A DNA stretch of 59,386 nucleotides, filler included. It is 5 parts of 5 records of this genome, joined end to end, with 100 filler letters (N's around TTAATTAATTAA, not from the genome) between each part and the next. Parts side by side here need not be neighbours in the genome. Positions count along the whole stretch, not along the records: positions 50,884 to 59,386 come from SRR2962707_1814; 4 more parts are not named here. One strand, 5' to 3'. The position numbers and the translations under genes are program-made. Shown piece after piece: positions 50,884-59,386 of this stretch. Numbering within the stretch: the stretch's first letter is position 1; each line of letters starts with the position of its first letter. The notes beneath the pieces were generated by a model. That model saw only the letters and a program-made list of their open reading frames with translations, was not told the origin of the DNA and ran no database searches.

Positions 50884-53079
50884 CAGCAGCAGCAGCAGCA
50901 GCAGCAGCGACGAAGACTGGCAGTTCCACTTAACCCACGCCTTGCCTGTGGCTGCCGGGAAAGATACCGTGGACCCTGGCTTTCTGCGATTGCTGAATGA
51001 ACTGCTGGTAGGAGGCCTTAGAGTCGCTGGATTGTACAGTATTTGGAGCACCGGCGGTGCAGGAGCGGTGGCGTCGAATGCAATGGACCGGCTGTGCCAG
51101 GCGGCCTTCCCTACGTTGCCGATGGTCATGCTGGAAAAGCTGGAGGGGAGCCACGAAGTCAAAGTACGCTTTGGGTGGGGGTTTGAGCTTTGGAATGCAC
51201 ACAAGTCTGCAACGTGTGAGGGTCGATTCGATCCGATTTGTCACGGGTTGGCATTGAAGCTGTGTGATTCGCTTTCTTTGGTGATTGTGATTGTGCCCGC
51301 AGGCTCGACTCTTTAACCGCGAGCGCGGCACGTCAGAGCCCGCTGAGATTAAGTACGCCTCTGTGCTGGTGGATTCGATTCGGCGTGTTTCGTGCGACTT
51401 TGCGTTTCCCACCAAAACGCTGATGTTCGACTCAGCCGCACACCAAGCTGGCGACGCGGCGGGCCCCTCGTCCCGCATCGCTGCTGGTTTGCAAAACTCT
51501 GCAGCCGCCATCCTTTCATCGGCGATTGCGGTCACATCAAAGGCGGGAATTCCGCTGGAAGCCTATCCCTCTGCCCATGCTCTCAAGACAACCGGCGGTG
51601 CGTGTCAGTTGTCCTTATACGCCACAACGCCCAAGTTGCTGCCGGCAAAGTCAGTTTTTGTGGAGACTGCTCCTGAAAAGCGGCCCAATTTGAAAGCTGT
51701 CAATGTGAATGGAGTGCTCAAGTGCGAAGGTGTAATTTGCTGTTCTGAGCCAGCAACTGCAGCTCTAGGTGCGGCATGTGCCTTTGCAGCTGTGTTGTCG
51801 GTGTTGGTAAAAAAAATTGTGTAGAGTGCGCTGCATCGTAATTTTGCTGCCGGTCAATGTTGAATACTCAGAGTCCATTCGCCAGGATGTTGAACGTAGC
51901 CTGAACATGCGCATTGGTGCCGACGACGCTTCCGAATCGCCGCTCCTCCTGAGTCGCTTTGTCATTGACGTTGGTGGCTCTGAATCTCTGTTGAGTTCGT
52001 CGGCGAAGCAAAGTGGGAAAAAGACAAAGCGGAATTCCCGCAACAATAGCGTTCTTCCTCTGCTATCCGTGTATGTCTGAAATCAATCCGCCGCTTGAAT
52101 AATTGCACTGCATCTCGCTCGCATCTCTCCCCCACCTCGGTTGTGCTGCTCGCTGTGCAAATTTGCTGCAGGTATTCCTCGGGGCTTGTCGCTGACCCGA
52201 ATCCGAAGGTGTGAGATGCAGTCGAAATTGCAGTCAGTTTTCGGCGGGAAACTATTATGTTGTAGCTTGTGCCCTTGAATGCTGCGCGTTCACTCGGCTC
52301 TGTCATTGGTCCAGGTAACTCATGTGCTTACCGCAATTGGTATCATGCCCGAAGAGCGCACATTGTTTGAGCGCAGCACCGACGGGGCTACCAGGAATGC
52401 CACAGTTCAGAGAGGCAACAGTTTTCACGTGTCCCCGTGGCTTGATAGCACCCAGGCGCTGGCTGCCTGCCATGCACCTACGGAGGATACCCCGACCGCG
52501 GCTACCAGCACACCAACTGAAGACACACAGGCAGCTGGTAGCGACGCCGAGCTCGATCTGGGCATTGAAGTCGTGGACCATGGATCATCGGCGCCAGCAG
52601 CGGCACCTCTCAGCACGGAAGTTGAAAGTCAGAGCACCACATCGGAAACCAAAGATGAGGGCACTTTGCGTCAACGAACAAGGCCGGAACGGCAGGGGGA
52701 GGAGTCTTCGACGCCTTCACTGAACAAAGGAATCAAACAGGTAGCCGCAGAGGCGCTGCAGGAAGAACTCAAGTGCGTTTGCACGTGTTTTGAAACTATT
52801 GTCCGCTTTCTGGTTTGCTGACGTAATGTCACTGATATATACGTGGTTCTCTGCAACATGTAGATACGCTCAGCACAGTGTTCCTGCTACCGCCAAGGCC
52901 AATAGCTCTCAGAATAGAATAATGATGGTTTGTTGCTGTTTGAGCCCATGCGCCTTTGCAGCTCTTTTCAAATTGCTTACTGTAATAATTCGCTAATATT
53001 ACTTCGCTGTCTTTCCAGGTCGTAGTCGGCGCCGCAGTCCTTGCTGTTGCATTTGCTCTGCTAATGGCGGTGGTGTGAA
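50884..53079 (+). CDS. Eukaryotic multi-exon ODR-4-like tail-anchored protein (5' truncated)
   Basis: LLVGGLRVAGLY (compare ODR-4 LPGG..V.G.F), NGVLKCEG...IRQDVERSL..R, final exon a C-terminal TM VVVGAAVLAVAFALLMAVV*; GT-AG intron-like gaps. Confidence 0.45.
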
Positions 53080-53652
53080 GCGTGAGTTCAAAGAAAGACA
53101 GAAAAAGTAACTATTACAACTCAGATTGGGGGTGTTTGCTCAGCCGTTGATGTGGTAAAACAACAACAGGGGCGACGCTTGTAGCCTACACATGTTTCGA
53201 TGCACGTCGCTCCAAGACGGCCCTACCAACTCCACTTTGGTGCCTGCGTTTACCCTACACACATGTCGGACAGCCAATGTGGTCCTGGGTTCAACACAAG
53301 AATTCAACACATCCGATGGGTTCCCGGTCAAAAGTAGGTGTGGGAAGCCTACCTGATCCACACCTTCAAAATACTGGACCGACAAAAGCTAACGATATTG
53401 CCTCCTACTTGCGAGACAACGCACTGCAGCTTGCAAGCCGGAGCTAGACAGCTGGCTGTTGCACTCGCGTCTTCACCCTGTGGGGGTGTGGGTGCCCGCA
53501 AAGTCTAAAACAAAAGGCGGCAAACCAAATTGCTCAGAAAAGTTCGCAACACCACAAGTAAAGCAGAAATCGCTACGATGCACGTCAATGCAATGCGACT
53601 TGCCTCTGCCGCCAAGAGAGCAGGTAGTAACGTCTCAAGGGCTTGCCGCTGA

Positions 53653-56600
53653 TTAACATCCTGTGATGGCCAGTTGAGACCTTTCGAACCAACGTGCACA
53701 GCAAGTGCCAATCAGTAGGCATGTCATACCGCGTGAAGCGAGGCGACGAACAGTGTGCGGCACGTACCAACACAAAAAACATGCCCGCCTTTGCTGCGGC
53801 CCTCGTGAGCAACTCGCCGTTTGTACCTGCCAGCAAACCATGCCAGCGAAATCAGCGTGAGAGGAGCGCACTTCGTGATACATCCGGCCTTCAAACCGGT
53901 GAAAGCAGTGCACGCACTCTGCGAATTGAGCTCGGTCCCAATGCACCCCCTCGCGCCATCCGCTTGCCGCAGCTTGCACGCTTGCTTTGTTTTCCGTGCG
54001 GTGAAGAGAACATATTACCGCGGACCAAACTCGGCTTTGCTTTGCGGCGTTTGCGCTCGACCAGTCTTTGGGTTGCTTCTCCGTGGATTCTACCCCTACG
54101 CTGCCCCAGCGACTAGGATCCTCGAGATGCCGAGCAAGTGACCGTGCAGACACTTCCAACATAAACTGACGCTGCAAGGGCCAAGGAGCTGCAACGCTGC
54201 CGGCATGCCCCTCTTTCGTTTTTATCCTCGTCGCTGCTGACAGGAAAGGACAAAAAAAAGTACGGTTGATCTCGTTTGTCAGCAGTTTCCCAACTGCGTC
54301 GTGCTCTGCAGGCCCTGAGCTCGCCGCCCGTGAGAGTCGAGAAGCTTTCAGCTGCCAGCCCCGATAAAGAGCGGCAACAAAGTCGCGGCAGGCGCCCGCG
54401 GTTGACGCGGAGTTGGGGGCAGCCAGAAGAAAGGCTGATGCAAGGCGTCTGCGAATTGCAAAATTCGCAACAATTCCGCTTCCACGAGGAGCTCCAGACA
54501 CCGCAACACCGTTCGTGCTCGGCGAAGGAGTAGACGCCGGTATCGTGCTGCGCTCGTGGACAAACGCCTCCATGAACGCTGAAAGTAAAGATTCCGTCGC
54601 ATCCATGGTGCGATGCTCTTGCTGCTCGCGCTGTTGAAAGTTCGGATTTTGGCGCTGCTCGCGAAGCACCTTGTCAAGGAGCTTCGACGACAAGCACCGC
54701 CGCCGCACAAGATCAAAGTGATAAAGACTTTGGGCCAAAACAATGACGAACGATGCCATGTGAGTTTCCCTGCTTTGCGCGACAGGCTGAACACGCGCAC
54801 ATGGCCAACCCAAACAAAAAGTACAGTCAAATTTTGCGACGAAAACAAAAGTCAAAACTTCAAGCTGAAATCGATACGCACCCATGGTCTTGCTCCGTGG
54901 GAACCCGGGTAGCTCGATACTTGAGGGTAATGCCCTTGCATTGGAACCGTGTGCAGAGGCATGAAACCCATCATCGTAATTTGATTCGACTCCGAAGCAT
55001 GCGCTGAAACTGAGTGAGCTTGGGCATGCAAATTTGGAGGCAAGAACGCGTGAGCGGCAGGTTGGTGATAGTGCTGGTGGTATGCCATTTGCTGGGCGTG
55101 ATACTGCTGAGGGCCGAAAGACTGTATTGTCATTGCATGTCCAGGCAAATCGTTGTTCAAAGACGCCCGATGCTGAAGCTCGAAATGAGCCTGCCACTCG
55201 TTGGACGTCGCAAACACAACGCCATGATTTGAAGGTATCGGAGGCGAGCCTCGCGACTGCAAACTTGCGCCAAACGGAATATGTTGGCTTTGCTTTAGGT
55301 GGCCGTTGGGCTCTTCGTGAACCGGCAGTTGTTGTCCCACGGAACTGTCTGCATAAGGGTGCGGCTGTGGCTGCTGTGTATTTTGCCGGTGCTCAGCTTC
55401 ATCCTGTATGGCATGAATAGCCGTCACAGGGGCTGGGATCCCAGCCAGAGTGACGTTCGCTCCTCCGGCCGTATTTTTGTCCCGTGCTCCTCCTTGGTGC
55501 CCGCGACCAAGAGCCGCATTCTCACCACGCTTAACTGCACAAGGCTGGTCAGGAGTATCTGGTCGTGAAACGTCGTCTGTTGCCAAAGCAACTTCTGCGT
55601 CGGCAACGGCATCCGCGAGCCCGGACCCAGTGGCAAAACGAGGACTGAGATTGTAAATCGATTCTCCTACGCCCTTCTGTATCGATCGTGTTGTTGAGAC
55701 TGCGGCTGAATTCGCCCCATTTCCAGTCACGCGGACGGATGCTGGCGGTGGTACACGCTTCGGGTCTTCCTTCGCTTCAAGATTGCCTTGGGTTTGCACC
55801 TTCATGTCTTCAATTTCGGCTTTGCTTGATGCCACAACTGTGCCGGGTTCATTCTCAACAAGTGTGAACCGCGCACCTGGGGGTGATACCTCTTGGCCCT
55901 GCGCGGGGCCACGAGCACTCGGAGCATCAAGTCCATCATGTTCTTCTTTTTGAACTGAGCTTGCTGGCACTGCCCTCATCGCTTGTGCGGCTTTTGCCGA
56001 GGCAGCGGCTTCCGTTGCAATGCGTTCATTTTCTTCTCGCTGCAGCATTACTTTTTTTTGGTGCTTACGCTCTTGTTCTCGTTCAAGTCGTTGTTGCTTT
56101 TTCAGTCTCGCGGCCTTGACCGCGGCCTCCTTCTTCTCACGTTTGTCCTTCGCATCATTTTCTGCGGTCTGCTCGAGTTCCTGCAACAGCAATTCTGCCT
56201 GCGCATCACGCCAATCACGACTAAGTTTGGACAACAGCATCAAAGCGCAGGTCTGCGCAAGTGTCGCATCGCTGGTTTCCGTATCATCGCAAACAGCGCG
56301 CAACCGACACTGCACTGAAAAGTAAAAGGTCTTGAGCTGAGTTTGCAGACGCACAGCAAGGTTGACTCTCCTTCGGTTCTGCATTACGTTGTTGTCACCA
56401 ATGACACAACACACAAGTGAAGGCAAATGACGTGATCAACCGAGCTCAAAACCACCGGAAACCAGGTCTGCCAATTACTTTTACAATTGCACGTCGAACG
56501 AACCTGTCGGATGTGAAAAAAACCGCGATGAATGCTCAGCTGGCTTTCCTGCACTTGCACAAGCCGTGCCGTTGATTTTCTCTGGTCATCTGCTGAAGGT

Positions 56601-59305
56601 AATTGGCGTTGTCTTTGCTTCAGCTTCTTCAGCTGTGCAGCTCGCTGGGTCAGGCCATGGTCGTCAAGACGAGCCTCGCGTCGCATAGCATACTCTTCTT
56701 CCGCAATGAGCGCACTCCAGTGCTGATCAAACGCAGCCCAGTCGCGGAGCAAGGGCGATTGCACAGCAGCCTCATTGGCGGTGGCAGCGCCAGAGGATCC
56801 GACATCTTGTTTTGGTGGTGCGTTCGGTGCTGCAAGCTGGCCAACGCAGCTGCTCTCCGAATTGTCTCCCGCCAAGTATTCTGCAGCGCGTCCCTCTGTC
56901 CAACGGCGTACCTTTTCTTTAACGCCATCAATATGACTGCGCCAGCTTTCAAGACAACGCTGCACGGGCACAAATCGCGCAATGTGGAGCTGGTCGCTGT
57001 TACCACTGTCGGAAGTGGTAGTTGCAGCACATATGCTTGAAACCCTTCCGCTGCCAGCAAAGTTCGCGCGCTGCAAAACTGCAGCAACAGCTGACGCCAG
57101 TTCCTTGTCGCACACCGCGGACAAAGCGGAGCAGCGGTGCCAGTCTTCTTCAATTTGTTGGAACAGTTGTTGGTCTTCTTCATGCAGAGTGGCTTTGATG
57201 CCGCCGCGCGCTGTCCGTCGTTTCGACGTTCGAGCGGCGGGTAAATTGAACGAAGCGCTACGAGATGTCATTTTGGACCGGGTAGCGGCACGCTTGTGGA
57301 AGGCGACAAATTCATCGCGAGATGCGCGACTTGACGCTGATCGAAAAATGAATGTCTGAAGTTCTGGAAACAAACGCATTAATTCGTTGGCCTGCGAGAT
57401 TGAAGCAAATCGGTCAGCACAGTCAGTTTACGCTCCAACAACACACTCAAACAGTGACACCCTGTCGCATTCGTATTGCGTCCACGTCAACGAGCCTGCT
57501 GTTGAAGAATTCCAAATGCCGCCTTGTTTGTCTCGTGGTAAAGCTGCCGCGTCTCACCCTCGCAATAATCTTGCAATCGCTCGCCGGATTGGTCGCCGGG
57601 TGATTGACGATGTTGTTGATGCTGTTCCATCACAGGATCAACGCCCGTGTCCCGAAGCATGATCCTCAGTTGACACTCTTTGAGTCGACGCCTCTTGTAA
57701 ACATCGTCAAGTTTCCCCCGTGCTTCATGGAAAGCCATTTGCAAGCCAATGAATTTTCCCAGGACTTTTTCTGAAGCATCCGAAAGTTGATGGCACACAA
57801 GTGCTGCGTCTGTCACGCATTCAACCAAACGCGCGACGTCAGACTCCCACACTTCGAGCCGTCGAGCAGTCATCAGCACATTTCCCGCCAGAGCAGGGTG
57901 CCGCCCGATGCGGGCAGACACGTCACTGTTGCCTGTTTTGCTATCGCTGTCGGTTCCTGATGCTTTTCCATCCGGCTTGGGATCGCCGCCAAGCAAAGGA
58001 CTTCCTTGAAGAGACAGCAGAGTGTCAGAAGTATGCTCCAGCTCTTTACGAATGCGCATTTGCTGCGTAATGACGGAATGGACAAGCGTCTTTAGCTGGT
58101 CCATCTCCCTCGTTGCAGTGCCAGATGCACCAAAGGCGGCGCTAGAAAATATTCCAGCTGTGAGCTTGGATGAGCGCCCATTGTCTGGGGCAAATGCGAG
58201 ATCGACCAAAGAATCGAGCAACGACATCACACTGTCCGTTCTCTCGGTGACTTGCTTGTACCGACGCCGCGGCAACGGGATACGAATGCACGCGCCGGAC
58301 GAGTCCTCATCCTCGACGGAGAACAGGCCTGCACTGCACAACGCCAACAATTCTTCTTCGTCGCCTTCATCGTCCGGGTCACGATCGCACTCGACCGTGA
58401 TCAGTCTGCAAGTAATTTTTTTCCAAACAACGCACAATCAAAGCAAAAAATGGCATGCAAGGGTACAAAACGTGGCGCACAACACCCGCAAGTAAAGGAC
58501 TGCATGCCTGAACGATCCACGCGAGCCAAACGTACCGCGACAGCCTTGGCAGCCTCAGCTCACCAGCCAGGAAACGCGTGAAACTGCGCAATATTGTGTA
58601 GAGGCGAAAGTCTTGGAAGCACTCGTTCAGACAAGCGTCAATGTCAGCGATTCGCAGCGACAGGTCAATGCCGCTGCGTGGCAAAGCGTTTCCCAGCCGA
58701 TTGAGCATTTTTTTAAGCTCGGTCAGCACCTACAACAACACAGCCGCCCAGCACAACAACCATGACCAAAATATTCATGACAGCATGGGTGTTTCATTCC
58801 AGCAATTCGAAGACAATCCCAGATCAATCCATCAACCACAGCACGAGCTCAACGACCCAGCCAGCACGTGATGCATTCCTTCTAAAGGGCAATCACGGAG
58901 CAAACCCACCTCTGCCACCGTGCCTCGGCGCAGCGCTCGCATCCGCGCAGCACTAGCAGGCGCCGTCTGTCCCTCTCGGTCATCGACGGAAGCCGGTTGC
59001 AGCAAGTGCGGCGCAAACGCTGTGTGCCGCACAATGTCGCGGAACTCGGCCTCCAACAACGTGCACGACGCGCCATCCACAGCGCCATCCACTGCAGCTG
59101 CAGAAGCGCCGCCTCCGCTTCCTGCCAACGACAACAACAGCGAGGACGACGACGAGGAGGAGGAGGTGGAGGAACCGCCGCGACTCGCCACAGCGTCAGG
59201 CCGGGTGGCTAGGCCTTTGGACCCGCCACCGCCGCTGCGGTGCTGCTGCTTCTTCTTCTTCTTCTTCTTGCGCTTAGCCGCAGCAGACGCTCCTTTCCTG
59301 GGCAT
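53653..59305 (-). CDS. Large eukaryotic multi-exon low-complexity/coiled-coil protein(s), function unknown (3' end uncertain)
   Basis: Chain of long minus-strand ORFs (58832-59305, 58379-58729, 57487-58437, 56384-57379, 54852-56426, 53653-55197) split by short intron-like gaps; starts MPRKG...KRKKKKKKK (NLS-like). Confidence 0.5.
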
Positions 59306-59344
59306 TGTTGCTGAGCAGGAACGGATTCAGCGCCAGACTCTACC

Positions 59345-59386
59345 TACTGATATTACTGCTGCTACTGCTACTACTGCTGCTGCTGC
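59345..59386 (+). repeat. (CTA/CTG)n microsatellite at window end
   Basis: tactgctgctactgctactactgctgctgctgc. Confidence 0.8.

Overview
This window is five unrelated contigs joined by 100-nt N spacers that each carry the six-frame-stop linker TTAATTAATTAA. (1) 1-20370 is a Roseobacter-group (Rhodobacterales)-like chromosome segment. It holds bioY, an alpha/beta-hydrolase-OsmC fusion, a split-MetH pterin-binding module with metF, ppx and rlmE. It also holds a GlxA/AraC-regulated gamma-butyrobetaine/carnitine catabolic operon with an extra lipocalin and SDR, a cyanase gene broken by an in-frame TGA, and tatD-MBL-AEC. (2) 20471-26884, (3) 26985-32212 and (5) 50884-59386 are intron-rich eukaryotic (protist-like) contigs. 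They encode a divergent protein kinase, a single-pass membrane protein, an ankyrin+FN3 protein, an ODR-4-like protein and a large coiled-coil protein. (4) 32313-50783 is a high-GC alphaproteobacterium (Parvibaculum-like) segment. It begins in the 3' end of a tRNA-Gly, followed by an AT-richer two-gene cassette: a small ORF and a ~545-aa protein with a papain/C39-like Q-C-H-D catalytic signature. After that come ychJ, two tandem MFS paralogues, methyltransferases, purH, a heparinase II/III protein, rpe, rsmB, htpX and acs. The best candidate for an undescribed system is the tRNA-Gly-adjacent small-protein + cysteine-protease cassette. All calls come from motif recognition by eye; no database searches were run and taxon labels are impressions.
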